From Lingula anatina (lineage: Eukaryota; Animalia; Brachiopoda), in NCBI GenBank assembly GCA_051362555.1, contig CM120640.1, positions 1 to 64,000 of the forward strand: a DNA stretch of 64,000 bases. Direction: 5' to 3'. The translations under genes were made by a program, and so were the position numbers. Of the stretch, positions 37,011 through 51,413 are shown one piece after another; the stretch's first letter is position 1; every line of letters starts with the position of its first letter. The notes under the pieces are model-generated. The model saw only the letters and a program-made list of their open reading frames with translations, ran no database searches and was not told where the DNA came from.

Positions 37011-38845
37011 GAACCTAGTGAATGACTGAGTCTGACGAACTGCAATGATATGAGTCCACTTACATTTTTTACACTTTATTACACAATAAACGATAACAAG
37101 TTTACTGTCATTTTCCTATAATCAACTAACAATATTGTTGAGAAGCAGAAAATGTTAAAAGAACATTTTTACATATTTAATTAGTTCTATAATGTGACTG
37201 TTCACATGCCTAAGAATTAAATCTGAAAAAAAAAACACTTATATACAAAAAAAGGTAGAACTTCAACAAAATTTAACTGATCAAGCTTATTTTCAAACTT
37301 GATCTGTCAGTCAGACTGATCACTCCTGTGAGTTTGCAAGACAATAGGTCAATTGGTTTTCCTTGAAGTTTGAAGTGTGTTATAGGGTTGCATATATGCT
37401 TTAAAAATGTAAAAAAAACTAGCATATTTTTTTTAAATGGCCCAATAATGCAGATTTTCCAACTTAACCTGCTTTAAAGAATATTCATTAGTTCTGTAAG
37501 TTTCAAACCAAAAGTTAAAACGGTTTTCCACTTATCGTGTTATCAGTGTTGCATATATATGCTGATAAAAGTGAAAAAAACCGCAACTTTTTATAAAAAT
37601 AGCCCAATCATCCTGATCCAGACACATCTGTGTCTGTACATAAAAAGCCAAAAAACAGCATAACTTTGGAAAAGTGCCGATTTCTTAACTCAACCGGCAT
37701 ATTATTCATCAGTTCTATAAGTTTCAAGCCAAAAGATAAAATAGTTTCCACTTAGCAATGATGGCGATGGCGACGACAGATGCAGGTGATGGCTATATGT
37801 ACAGACACACCTATGTCTGTACATAAAATGCTTCTTTTCTTACTGGCAGTACTGGATCACGTGGACCCCTCTTGTTTGCAAACATCTGTGCCTGGCCCTG
37901 AAAAAAGTATGCATAGTTTAGACGTTAGCCTGCTAGTTGACACCAGAATTAACCCTAGCAAAACACACAAGAAATGTCAGGAAAATATCGGTTTCTGAAA
38001 AATATATTATACCAATATTCCCCTCTTGAAAAATTTGAATTTTGACTAGCTAAATCATAGTTTTAACATGTACCAAAGGGCACCATTTGCTCTACATAAC
38101 ACTAAAAAAATTTAAGCCGGTTAGTTGATAACAATTTAGTGAGACTCCCCAGGGAGTTAGATCGATCCAGATTGATCGATCTATGTATGGGAACCCAGTC
38201 TTAGAGAGCGAACGGTACAACTTGGTACAATTTAGAATTATGATTATACAAAATTCTAATTTCAAGAGGGGAATATCTGTGTGAGTTTTTTTCAGAAATC
38301 GAAATGGGGGGGGGGGTATTCTTTGGCAATATAAAACAAGTTTTGTTATTAATGACTATGCCGTGTTAAAAGTGCTGCGTTTTGATATTTTTACAAAATT
38401 TGGAGGTAAAAAATCATGAAAAATTGCTTTGGAAATAGCGTTTTGAGTAGACAACATGGTAATGGCAAAAGCCATAAATGAGAAATACCAAAATAACATG
38501 GATGGCAAAACCCAGTGTTCAACATGCAGGCGTCAAATCCATTTTTTAAATGTATCAAAGATAAGTTACCGACAAATACCTAAAATCATTGTCTTAGAAT
38601 GTTTCGTTGAATGGGTTAAAACTATAATATACCTTTAGTTAGTATCCTGTCCTCCTCGCGTCCACACCCTGGTCACTCAGAACTGAAGAAGAAGTGACAG
38701 CTCTTTCAAGGGTTCAGTTTTCAAATGATCCTATACCCTGGTAGGTAGGAGGCTGTAAGAGCTAGGTGACCGCCCTTTTTATTTATCAATTACCATAATT
38801 TGACAGACAAATTTTGCTTAACAATGTACTAAAATAGTAATGCAC

Positions 38846-39994
38846 GGGGCCGTAGCGATAGTCCGAAGGTTCAATAGTCCGAAGGTTCATTGGTCCGAAT
38901 ATTCACTACAGAACCTTCGGACCAATGAACCCTTGATTAAAAAATCGATGAAAATGTTCAGGCCTTCCCAACTACCAGACTCGGCACCTACGGGTCCAGA
39001 ATAAACCGGTATATCTGACCACACTACCCGTTTTCAAGGTGTGTGTCAGATCGCATAAAAGAGTATCATACCTTATCACAAATTCTGTAAGCCTACCTGT
39101 CATCCGGGTATCGCGCCTCGTTTTCGTCAAGTAGGAGTCGCATGAATACAACAGACGACTCCCTCAATCAGGGGGTGGAAACGCGCTACTTATATGATTA
39201 AGACGAGCCTAGCCGTCAGTACCGGTTATTGTTTTGTGACCTTGAGGAGCAATTAGGTTTGGTCGTTGCGGCACGCATCAACAGTAGTTGAACTACCACA
39301 CCTGGGTCTTTTGTTTTTGACAACTGTTCACTCGTCATCGAGGCGCTTGTTCAAGACTACAGGCTGATATCTACTAGTACTACATTGTACCAGTGGCTTC
39401 ATTAGTAACGTTCCCACAATACTTAAGTTTTCTGTCCGTGCGTACAAACCCTGAAAAAGGACAGCCGCGCTGACGAGAACAATGGACGTTTCTCACCCCT
39501 CTCTAAGATTACCTCTGCCCTCAATCTCGTCCATCCCGGTAGTCACGAAAATATTTAACCCCCGACAGAATATGCTTCTGCTATCAAAATTAGGTCTACT
39601 TTTCTAAATTAATATATAAGTTTGCAAGTTCTTATTTACAAAACATCATTGGCTATGTCCGAACCTTAATTTTATGTTAAAAATTGCGGTACTGTCAGAT
39701 TTTAGCATAAACAGAGAAAATTGCAGCAGCGCATGAATCTAGATGAGATGCACTACTTTCCAACCCCGCTTAGGATCATTGCTATCACATCGCGCACCAG
39801 GCAAAATCGGTGTGGTGGCTGATACTCTGTAATGCGATCTGACACACACCTTGAAAACGGGTAGTGTGGTCTGATAAACCGGTTTATACTGGACCCGTAG
39901 GTGCCGAGTCTGGTAGTTGGGAAGGCCTGATGTTACCACTTTTCGGACCAATGAACCTTCGGACCAATGAACCTTCGGACTATCGAGACGCCCC
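38846..39994. mobile_element. Non-autonomous long-TIR DNA transposon (Mutator/Foldback-like)
   Basis: Termini gggg...cccc carry 15-bp subrepeats (tccgaaggttcattgg / ccaatgaaccttcgga). The inner inverted arms are about 38958-39065 and 39825-39930. Flanks gtaatgcac and ttaatggac resemble a decayed 9-bp target site duplication (TSD). Confidence 0.85.
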
Positions 39995-40399
39995 TTAATG
40001 GACAGGAAGAGTTTGTTTAACGAATATTTCAAAATACACTAGATTAAATGAAATAAATAAAGCTTTAAACCCTTACATACCCCAAAGTAAAATGACATTA
40101 TGTAGGTCACTGGTTATCCTTATATGGTCTGCTGCAATCTGAGCAGTTTTTGCCAAGTTTGACCAGGGAATTATGTCGGTATAATTCCCTAGTTTGACAA
40201 GCCAAACTGTTCTATAGCGCCATCTGGAGGGGAACAGAAATGATCTTCTCTGATGCATTCGGTAACTTACAGTGTAACATGTACTGTTGGTGTTATTTTC
40301 ATAAATGACTAGTACTTTATTTGTATATATGCCAGATCGAATAACATTATTATCGCCATTTCTGTAGTGCTGAAAATTAAGCGCGCGCACACACACACA

Positions 40400-40437
<38 letters not shown>

Positions 40438-41014
40438 AAAACAATCTGCTGTATCTACAATCAGTACGGGCATCATCTCTGCTCACAGTCAGCTATAGTT
40501 TTTGATCTGTTAAGTATATGAAACCAAAAACCATCCAAAAACGACCATAAATAAAATACTACACCAGTCTACCATAATGTAAAAATGTTATGATAAAATA
40601 AATAAACCCATTATTAAAATAGAATTGGATAGATGAAAAGTGAATAGATAAACTATCAAAAGAGGCCAAGTGCTAGTGTTTTAACCGAATTGAAAAGAAA
40701 AAAAACATGCACGTACCGTACTGATATATTTCATTATGAAAACTTCAGATAATGAAACAAAACTTCGACAAGGCTGTGCAAGACGATCTCTGAGGAAGCC
40801 TCTGTCGATAAAGCAGTACCGCCGACTCCTTCTGCAGAGGACTAGGAAATAGTAGCGGTTTCGCGCATATCATGTGGATTTCGCCGTAGCGAGTAACCCC
40901 TCGGAGATGAGTTGATCCTGCTAGATCGATGTAGGTTCGGGAACGGGGTCTTAAAAAGTGATGGGAGCATTTGTGATTGGGGCGGAATTAACCCTTTGAA
41001 AAATGTTACCTACA

Positions 41015-42051
41015 TTAGTCCACACTTTCTTATTTTCATGGATGACATCCTCTGGGGACCCCGAAATCGGTGCGAGAGGACGAAAAAAAAAACAGTCCAA
41101 AGAAAAAATGCTGCTTAAGTAAAGGAATGCTGTCAGTACACAGCTGGAAACACAAATTTTACCACAGAAACACGTATCAAACTAACAATATGTCTTTATC
41201 CATGCTCTCAAAATATTAAAGCATTGTGAATACTTCGTAGAAAGGTAAAAAAAGTCATGAATAGACGGGCCCGTAGCCAGGGGGTTAGAAAGAACCACCC
41301 CTTTTGCTGGGAAAAAGTCCACTCTGGGTAAAATTTGACCTAGATACATTAAGTTTTTATGGAAAATGGTCCACTTTTTCAAAAAAAGACCCCCCCCCCC
41401 CTTTTGAAATTGCTGGCTACGGGCCTGATAGACATGCTGCATATTACCCAATCTATTTAAGGTTATTTCATGCATTTTGTTGGTATAACAGTCAATAAAA
41501 CAAATATCAAACAAACAGCATGTCTTTATTTGTACTCTCAGAATATTAAAGCATTATGAACACTACACAGAAATGTTAAAAAATGATGCAAAGATATGCT
41601 TAATACTACCAATTCTATAAAAGGTCATTTCGGTCGATGCCATTTGGTCTGCTTCGACTCACGTGAAGCAGCCAAACTGTCGGGTGGCCTGACCGACCTA
41701 CAGCCCACCAGATACCTCGACGCCCTGTCTACCCTTTTTTTAGCTACAAAAAAACTGGTATGTGTTGCTTTTCCGGGCGATAATTGCTGGCCGCCGCCAG
41801 CCTTTCGCATAATTGTAAAAAAATGGATATCTCCATGCCCAATATCAATGGCATAACAATCCAATACGACGGCCCTGTTCTCTTTATGACTTTATATAAT
41901 TAATTGTCCTGTAGTTTGAAAGCACATTTTCGGGCAAATTCAATAACGACGTTTGCGACAACCGACTTGGGGGGGGGGGGGGGGGGGAGAACGGACGAAA
42001 ATCGGTGCGCGCGAAGGATGTCATCCATAAAAATCAAAAAGTGTGGCCTTA
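41015..42051. mobile_element. Non-autonomous TIR element carrying a nested MITE
   Basis: Left ttagtccacactttcttattttcatggatgacatcct is inverted relative to right aggatgtcatccataaaaatcaaaaagtgtggcctta. Confidence 0.7.
41266..41427. mobile_element. MITE, same family as 16309-16474
   Basis: TIRs cgggcccgtagccag / ctggctacgggcctg, with ataga on both sides (5-bp TSD). Confidence 0.8.
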
Positions 42052-43809
42052 TAAGAAGTTGGTACAATACGTGCCTGAACATATTGTTTTAACATCTTCA
42101 TAATAAAAAACACTTGCATAAACGAGGTTTGATTTATTTGTGGTATAAATTTATTTTGTCAGTTATCACTTCGATGCGTAAAACAGAAATTAAACGCCTT
42201 TGTAGAAATCCACATTGTAGTTTATAAAGACTATAAGTGTAAATTACCACATTTAATGCTTAAGTTATAAAATTTAATGCTGCAAAGCTGTAAAAATGTG
42301 CAAACAAAAAGCAGAAAATAATGATGCACAAATAGGCATTATGTCAATTGTGATGCAATAATACAAGATGCTTATCACCAAAGTTAACATCAAATTAAGG
42401 CTTCATGCCCATGAGAGTTCAAGTTCACACTTTGAAAATGCCAGAATGATAAAAATGAAAATTTTACAAAAAATTGCATAAAGTAAAAAAAATTATCCAG
42501 TTAGTTTTCCAATTTGTCAATACAAAGGGTCATTCTTGTAAGTTACAAAATAATAAGAAACATGTTTTTATAATGTTTGTGGTGGCAGTACACAAAGTTG
42601 TTTTTTATCAATTTTGAAGCAATATTACATAATGATTAACAGCATAGTCACCACCAATTTTTAATTATGCACAGCAGCTAACATGCATGGATATTTAGAA
42701 AATGTGACTAGACATAAGTTTTCAGTCCCATGGAACTTGAAAGTCACACCTTGAAAACACAAAAATGTAAACAAGAGATAAGTACCGGAATGCGTTTATT
42801 TCCATTTTCAGTACTTTTTTACATAATCCGAAATAGCCCATTTACTTTCATTTTTTTATGTGATCAACTAAAAATTTGTTGAGATGAAAAAATATCAATA
42901 GATCAATTTTAAATGTCGAATTTGCTCCATTCTGAACACAGACGCTAATCGCCAGTCACCTCTTCTTCCATCCACTTTTGTCTCCTACCGCAAATATGAT
43001 TCTGGTTTCATGGCGTCAGACTCTAGTTTCTGGTTACTAGGTTCGTTTTGAAAAATTCCACATGACAACGATTTACAGCCTCGCGGGAATTCTTTTCCCT
43101 TGACGCTCCTTGTCGCGCTGTAAGGCATGCAGCATATCTCTCAAAACAAATTGACTGCAAATTAAGCAAGATTTTGCACCTTCAAGTATCATAGCACGGC
43201 TTCAGATCATATGTACCTATTATTTCTACAAGTATTTTCTGCCCAAAATACCAAAAGAAAAATATGTTATTTCACTATGTTGTTGGAAAACTGCTTTTTT
43301 CTCTGGGCCCACATCTTCACTCCCGTTCACCTCCAGCTAAAAGTGACCACTCAGCTTCACGTCTTACACCACTAAACGTCACTTCCGGCACAATCCTATC
43401 TCCTCCGGTATCCTCTATTACGCTGTTGTATGTTTTATTTTCACTGTTACATACCAACTAGGCAACCGTTCATCGTGTGAATTTGGGTATGTGAGTAGTA
43501 GAACATTAACTAGCTTAACCTTTGAAATACTCCAATATAATACAAATTCTTTTTAAAATGCGGCTCCTAAGTGAAAGGATACATTCTTTACCAAACGGTT
43601 GACATAGGAGGGAGTTTTGACCCGCCGCATCACCAGAAGGTTGGGTTGTTCCATGAAAGCCACTCAGAGGGTTAGACAACATTCTAACCAAACAGGCACA
43701 TGGGAAATATTTACTGGGTAAGGCCGACCGAAGGAAACCACACCCAGAGAGGAGAGAAAGTTAATACGCCTTCCTCGTAGAAAACATTTCATAACATTAA
43801 GGAACTTGT

Positions 43810-44576
43810 AATATTTAGCAAAAAAAGGGCACACCATATTTCTGAGTTTACAGTCCGAAGACGTTTGTACAATTATTTAGTACAACTATTTTGGCAAGGT
43901 TTCTGTTAGGAGAACAGTGATCACTGTCAGGAACCGTCTATACGTCGAGTCAGATGGTATACTGGAACCATGACATGGTCACCAACTAAAAACTGGACAT
44001 TGATGCGGTTTTAAAATGAAAGCAGGTCCGGTCTAGACGACAGGACGCGTAAGTCATACATGGGGTGTATTGGCTACTGTGTTGTAGGCGAGCTGGCAGT
44101 GGTCGACTGGAACCTTAACACAGACAGGACAGCCCACATACTGTAAGTCATACATGGGGTGTATTGGCTACTGTGGTGTAGGCCAGCTGGCAGTGGTCAA
44201 CTGGAACCTTAACACCTTGCATCCAAGTACTGGAAATAAAACTGTCGAGAATTGCTTTGAGGACCATTATCACTCATTTATGTTTCAGCATGATAATGCT
44301 ATCCCACGCACAGTTAAGGCAATAGTAGGCTGTTTATATGGAAACCAGATCCATACCCCCATTACCAGTTCATTCCCAAGATTGTGTGTGATATCCTCGG
44401 AAATGGATAACTGAGGGATAACCCTGCAACCAAAAATGATCTTATACTAACTTTGCACCGTATGTGAAACACCATCGCTGCGCAGAGGATACAGAACTTT
44501 TTGACTCCACGCACAGAAGCGACAGGTGCGTCCTCTTATCCAGAAGATATTGAACAAAATACCAGAATGTGGCCCT

Positions 44577-44633
<57 letters not shown>

Positions 44634-44768
44634 ATGCTTAGTTTATTCAATAAAATTTGTACAATAAACAATAAATACATTTTTGTAAAAAATCCCTTTA
44701 AATGTTGAATTAAGAACATTGATTCATGACGCATTGCAATAGGGTGACATATTTTGCTAGGGGAGTAT
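43810..44768 (+). pseudogene. Decayed Tc1/mariner transposon relic
   Basis: Remnant motifs include WGCIGYCGVGQLAVV..NLN (locally duplicated at 44050-44215) and FQHDNA. The right end gggtgacatattttgctaggggagtata weakly inverts with tagcaaaaaaagggcacacc near 43816. Confidence 0.55.
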
Positions 44769-45194
44769 ACTATCGTCCACCAAACTCATGAAACTCTTTA
44801 AGCAAAAAACTTACTTAACATTTTGTAAAACGTCTTAGAGACAATATACGATCCTCTTCCATATCAGTGGTTGGCGATTAAGTAAGAATATAAAAAGATG
44901 GATTAAATTAACGTTTCTCTTATATCAGTAAAATAACTAAATTCTTAGGGGTGTCTACTATTACGGTTTTTTTCGCAGTGATAAAATGTCATAATCGATG
45001 TGGAAGTTTAAATTAGTCACAAGTCATATCGATAGAAGGAACATGCTGTGGTTACCAGGGAAGTGACTCTTGTCACGTAGACCAGATGGGAGACTTCAAA
45101 AATGATAAACCTCCCACACTGTGTATATGTACCTCAAGGTTACATAATCTATCTCCATCCTGAGTAATAGACCTAGCGCTGCTGGCTGACCACC

Positions 45195-45239
45195 ATGATT
45201 GTCATCACCTTTGTTCTTTTGGGCCTAGGTAGGTTCTTC

Positions 45240-45321
<82 letters not shown>

Positions 45322-48300
45322 AGACATGGCATTTTAATTAAACTTTTTATACTTGCGTTGCTTTAATTTACCTCAAGTTTGTATGCCCCTGAGTGAATTG
45401 AAAAGCTGCATGACGTTAAAAGAAATGATAAATAAAAGAGAAATGTTTAAGTAAAAATCGTTAAAACTATGTTACTGTATTTCAAGCGTTCAACTCAGCA
45501 AATGGGCTCGAGTCGATATGTGTTCACTATGGTGCGGACACGGACTGTTCTGAGGTCAGCAGTAGGTTTACAAGTACCAAAGTGTGCGACAACAAAGGCA
45601 AAGAATACACTGACGCGTGAGTTAATTTCTGTGATCATCCTCTGGCATTACGTTTAAGGCCAAAGTTATTTATAGTATCAAATTAAAATGAGATATAATT
45701 AGTTAAATATGCCCTGTTCAAAAATATTCCCATTAAATACCGGACCCCCCCCCCCCCAAAATAAATAAATAAATAAATAAATAAATCTTACAAAGGTCCA
45801 TCAAATTTCAAAAAATTTGCTGGACTCTAATGTCCATATGTGTATGATCATTCCCCAAAGTTTCAGTTATCTTAGTCACTTTGCATAAAATTTGTGTTCT
45901 TTTAAAGAATATACTCCAAATGGCCTCCGAGGCATTGGATGCACACTTGCATACGCCACAAAAAAATTCAATTTTTGAAACACATTAGTCCTTCGGGATT
46001 TTCCTGATTTTTGTTGTGATTGCTCCCCACAGTTCACCAATCATTTGACGGTTGTTCTGGTACAAATTGTCTTGAGATACCCCCACATGTAGAAATATGG
46101 GGAGGTTCAAATTCGTTTAATGCCCACTCAACGTCACACTTTCTGCTGATCAGTCACTCCTGAAATAGCTCTCTCAGTCAGGCTAGGGAGTCATTTGATG
46201 TGTGGGGATGGCCCTGCCTTGCTGGAACCACTGTCTATCTTGTTCTATCCCTCTGAATCGTCCCAGTGATGTCCGAAACTTCGTCAGTACTGACACAGCA
46301 GAGAAGAATTTCATTAGCTGTGTTATGTTATAAGAATGATGTAATTTTTCTTCAGCCAACAGCTAATATTGAGATTTTTTTTTTTTTTTTTTTTTTTTTT
46401 ATTGCATATCTCAAATAAGTACAGATTTCAGCAAAAATACAAAATTTATAAATAACTAAATAAAAATCACCCTCACTCTCTCACTCACTCACTCACAAAG
46501 AGACAGTCATTTGCAATATATACATATATATATATATATAGTTACTGTGTCATTTAATATATATGTCAACAACGATATATTGATAACCTAATAGTAAAAT
46601 ACTTAATAATACTTAATAAATAATATGATCTAATACAGATAAAAACAAATATGTGTTTTACTATCAAATATCGGCAGGGGAACATACGCAGATAGAAGAT
46701 ATCAGTCCAGGAAGAGAGGCTGCAGCTTTTTCCATTTTTCATTAAATTTATCTATTGTCATGTTTCTCAGACTTATATTTCTCTCTGCGATGTAGGCCTG
46801 TCTCCATTCTATTTTAATATTTTCTATGTTCGGGGTAATGTTTTTCATTTTAAATTTATATATAATAAATTTTGTTATGATCAGCAAACTGTTGAGCGCA
46901 TTGCATTTCAAATTTGGAATTCCTAGAATTATATCAGATGCTGTTAATTGTAATACAAGTCCAGTCTTTAAATGGATCCAGTCTTGTATTTTTGCCCAAA
47001 GGGGAGCAATTACTTTGCACTCAATAAATAAGTGTTGAAGAGTTTCAGGGTGTTCGTTACAGAAGGAGCAGGTCTCTGTGTCTTTTATCCCAATTTTTCG
47101 TAAAAAATTATTTGTAGCTAAAATTCTTTTTGATACTCTAAATTGAAACCAGCGCAGTTTAGTATCTAAAGTACATTGGAAAGGAATGTTATTCAAGATT
47201 TTCCACTCTTCAGCTGTGAGAGGTTCTTTAGAAAGGAGTTCCCATTTTGACATTGCATTAGTCTTTTTCATTTCGTTTGAGTTCAAAATATTGTAAAAAG
47301 GTTTCCCCCCTTTTGTAAATTTTAATAGCCATTTAAGTTGGGTTGAAATTATAGGGAGCTCAATTTTTTCGTGTAAATTGTCTATATTCATTTGTTTTTG
47401 AAATTTTTTTACTGCGCATAGTATACTTGTGAACGTAACATAATTTATTATATTCCCGTGCCTTTCCTTGAACTGTTGGTATGTGAGGTAATTTCCCTCT
47501 GTATCGATCAAGTCATTTATGTTTCTTATACCTATTTTATTACAGGTTCTTATAAGAATAGGATTGTTTTTTATCCGTATTTTATCGTTTAGCCATAAAC
47601 ATTCTTTTAAAAAATTTTCTTTTGTATCAATCTTTTTATTCTTTAACAGTCTGCACCATGCATCAATGACTTGATTCCAAAAAGCATTTTTTGATCCGTT
47701 CTTAATTTTTTGCATTTCAGATATTCCCATTTCAGACCAGTGTACACCCTTACTTTCAGGGATCAGACTAAGGAAAAAGAAAGACCATTTTGAATTTTTG
47801 TGCATGATTCTCCTGAGCCATGAAATTTTTAGGGAATCAATATAGTTTCTAATATCGGGGACTTTTATACCTCCATTTGAGTACGACTGTGTCATTAATA
47901 TTGAGATAGTTTTTAACTCCAATATTTCGATGTTGACTGAAGAAAAATTACATCATTCTTGCCACATAGCAACCTTGGGAGAGACTGAGCAGCAGGAAAT
48001 ATGGTATTGAGTGCACCCATTAAATATTTGAAAAAATGCACTTATAATGTGTAAGCTTAGCATAGTGACAGCTGGTAATGACTTGTGATGATGAAAACAA
48101 AAATATCGAAATAATCTTCTTAAGTAGACTGACAATTCACCTTGGTGAGATTAACGTCTAGGTAGATTGACAATCCACCTTGGCGAGATTAACGTCTAGG
48201 TAGATTGACAATTCACCTTGGCGAGATTAACGTCTAGGTAGACTGACAATCCACCTTGGCGAGATTAACGTCTAGGTAGACTGACAATCCATCTTGGCGA

Positions 48301-50472
48301 GATTAACGTCTGGGTAGATTGACAATTCACCTTGGCGAGATTACGTCTAGGTAGTTTGACAATCCACCTTGGCGATATTAACGTCCAGGTAGTTTGACAA
48401 TCCACCTTGGCGAGATTAACGTCTGGGTAGATTGACAATCCACTTTGGCGAGATTAACGTCTAGGTAGTTTGACAATCCACCTTTTGAAAAAACGCACTT
48501 ATAATGGCGAGATTAACATCTAGGTAGTTTGACAATCCACCTTGGCGAGATTAACGTCCAGGTAGTTTGACAATCCACCTTGGCGAGATTAACGTCTAGG
48601 TAGACTGACAATCCACCTTGGCGAGATTAACGTCTAGGTAGACTGACAATCCACCTTGGCGAGATTAACGTCTAGGTAGACTGACAATCCATCTTGGCGA
48701 GATTAACGTCTGGGTAGATTGACAATCCACCTTGGCGAGATTAACGTCTAGATAGTTTGACAATCCACCTTGGCGAGATTAACGTCCAGGTAGTTTGACA
48801 ATCCACCTTGGCGAGATTAACGTCTAGGTAGACTGACAATCCACCTTGGCGAGATTAACGTCTAGGTAGTTTGACAATCCACCTTGGCGAGATTAACATC
48901 TAGGTAGATTGACAACTCACCTTGGCGAGATTAACGTCTAGGTAGACTGACAATCCACCTTGGCGAGATTAACGTCTAGGTAGACTGACAATCCACCTTG
49001 GCGAGATTAACGTCTAGGTAGTTTGACAATCCATCTTGGTGAGATTAAAGTCTAGGTAGTTTGACAATCCACCTTGGCGAGATTAACGTCCAGGTAGTTT
49101 GACAATCCATCTTGGCGAGATTAATGTCTGGGTAGTTTGACAATCCATCTTGGCAAGATTAACGTCTAGGTAGTTTGACAATCCACCTTGGCGAGATTAA
49201 CGTCTAGGTAGTTTGACAATCCATCTTGGCGAGATTAACGTCTAGGTAGACTGACAATCCACCTTGGCGAGATTAACGTCTAGGTAGACTGACAATCCAC
49301 CTTGGCGAGATTAACGTCTGGGTAGTTTGACAATCCACCTTGGTGAGATTAACGTCTAGGTAGACTGACAATCCACCTTGGCGAGATTAGCGTCTAGGTA
49401 GACTGACAATCCATCTTGGCGAGATTAACGTCTAGGTAGTTTGACAATCCACCTTGGTGAGATTAACGTCCAGGTAGTTTGACAATCCACCTTGGCGAGA
49501 TTAACGTCTGGGTAGTTTGACAATCCACCTTGGCGAGATTAACGTCTAGGTAGTTTGACAATCCACCTTGGCGAGATTAACGTCTGGGTAGTTTGACAAT
49601 CCACCTTGGCGAGATTAACGTCTGGGTAGTTTGACAATCCACCTTGGCGAGATTAACGTCCAGGTAGTTTGACAATCCACGTTGGCGAGATTAACGTTCG
49701 GGTAGATTGACAATCCACCTTGGCGAGATTAACGTCTGGGTAGTTTGACAATCCACCTTGGCGAGATTAACGTCTAGGTAGTTTGACAATCCACCTTGGC
49801 GAGATTAACGTCTGGGTAGTTTGACAATCCACCTTGGCGAGATTAACGTCCAGGTAGTTTGACAATCCACGTTGGCGAGATTAACGTTCGGGTAGATTGA
49901 CAATCCACCTACAATACTCGAGATTCAGGTTCTGATATACAACACACACATACACACATATATTTCAGTTGCGAGTTCTACAAAGCAGCCTGCGCCCCAG
50001 ATGCTACAATGAGTCTGGTGTATTACAAATGTAATAAAACTGGTCTGTTGTATGCCAATACCACTCGACCCACTAAACATCCACATCGAGAACACCCGAC
50101 ACACAGCCCGTATATCTGCAATAAGATCGCCACTGACGGCTGCCCAGACTCCTGGAAAGTGGAGAACCTCATGATATGTGGAAACGACAGAAACATTTAC
50201 AGGAGCAGGTAACTAGGTTAACGACATTATTTTCTGAAAAGCCCTCTCTTTAGAAATACACACAGATTAGAAATGTACATCTTCTTCTTGCAAAGAATGG
50301 TGCACGACCATTTTTGCCATAACTGTGAATAAATAATTGACGTTTGTTTATATTTGTTTATTTATCTAGGTGTGCTTACGACACAGCCAAATGCGCCAAT
50401 CCGCGACTGAGGGCAGCCTGGAACCTGCTGAAGTGTCTGCGTGAGGGATCGACACAGGAACCGCTTCTTTAA
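45195..50472 (+). CDS. Secreted atypical Kazal protein, gene 2 (4 exons, 168 aa, 2 domains; module A paralog)
   Basis: Exons 45195-45228, 45487-45616, 49969-50208 and 50370-50472 (507 nt, GT..AG, phases 1/2/2). The protein reads MIVITFVLLGLAFNSANGLESICVHYGADTDCSEVSSRFTSTKVCD...CEFYKAAC...ICGNDRNIYRSRCAYDTAKCANPRLR. It is collinear with exons 1-4 of gene 1. Confidence 0.85.
46375..47895 (-). mobile_element. 5'-truncated L1/Tx1-type LINE insertion in intron 2 of gene 2
   Basis: Poly(A) tail (T run 46375-46400) and an open ORF2 C-terminus with GGIKVPD and CSFCNEHPETLQHLFIEC. TSD taatattgaga at 46364-46374 and 47896-47906. Confidence 0.9.
48121..49910. repeat. 38-bp minisatellite (~47 units) in intron 2 of gene 2
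   Basis: Unit taggtag(ac/tt/at)tgacaatccaccttggcgagattaacgtc, head to tail with no spacers. Confidence 0.97.
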
Positions 50473-50989
50473 GTGAACGCTAAGAAAACCGATTTTTTTA
50501 AAATTTATTTATTGTTATTATACTTTATTCATTGAGGGAGAAATATGCTAAATCTAAAATTGATCTCCTCCATAGCTCTCATGATGTAAGTTGAAATAAA
50601 TAAGTAAAATATAAAAGATTATGTTTCAACTATCAAAATACCAATAAAACATTGTACATATAACAACAACAACATTAAATATCCTCATTTTTTTTTTAAT
50701 TATATAGGCTGATTTTAAACTTTGTAATGTTTTCGAATTTAATGTCATATCAACATTATTTCATAAACGCGCGGTGCTCCAGACGGGCCTGGTAAATACT
50801 AGTATGTCTGTTCTTTGGTCCAAGATCTGTTTGTCTCTTTGTTATAGCAGATATTTCAGTGGTTAATAAATCAGTCAGGTGTCAACCCATTTTGAGGCTT
50901 TTATATAACTGTAAATTTTCTACATCTTTTCTATCATAAATGGCGAGCAAGTTGAAGTCTTTAAATAGTTTAAAATAGGAATGTTTTTG

Positions 50990-51369
50990 TGCCTTGGGTC
51001 TCAAACTGGTTCCCATATGGACTGTGGTGTGGGTCCCAGTATGATTGGCGACCGGTTGCTTTAACCGGCAAACTGGTTTCTAAAAGAACGCCTGTAAGTG
51101 TCTTGTCGCGTATGTTTTCGCTGTGCATGTAGCATCGAAAACCTGGAGGCGAATCAAAAACCAATTTGTGGTATCCAACCGCTTGCTAATAGGTCGCTGA
51201 TTGCCTCTGCCTCTTTAGCCTCAGGCGTTTACCATTTACAATTACCATTTATAACGTAATTATATTTAACACTATATTTATTTTTTCACTTATTTACTAT
51301 CATTACTATTATCCTGTGTGTGTATAGTTAAAGAGCCTTTAAATGTAAAGACATTTCTGTACTCAATAA

Positions 51370-51413
<44 letters not shown>

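Noticed and set aside
48121-49910. CRISPR-like appearance of the 38-bp array (and of other arrays)
   Set aside because: Units are head to tail with no unique spacers, there are no cas genes, and the context is a eukaryotic intron.
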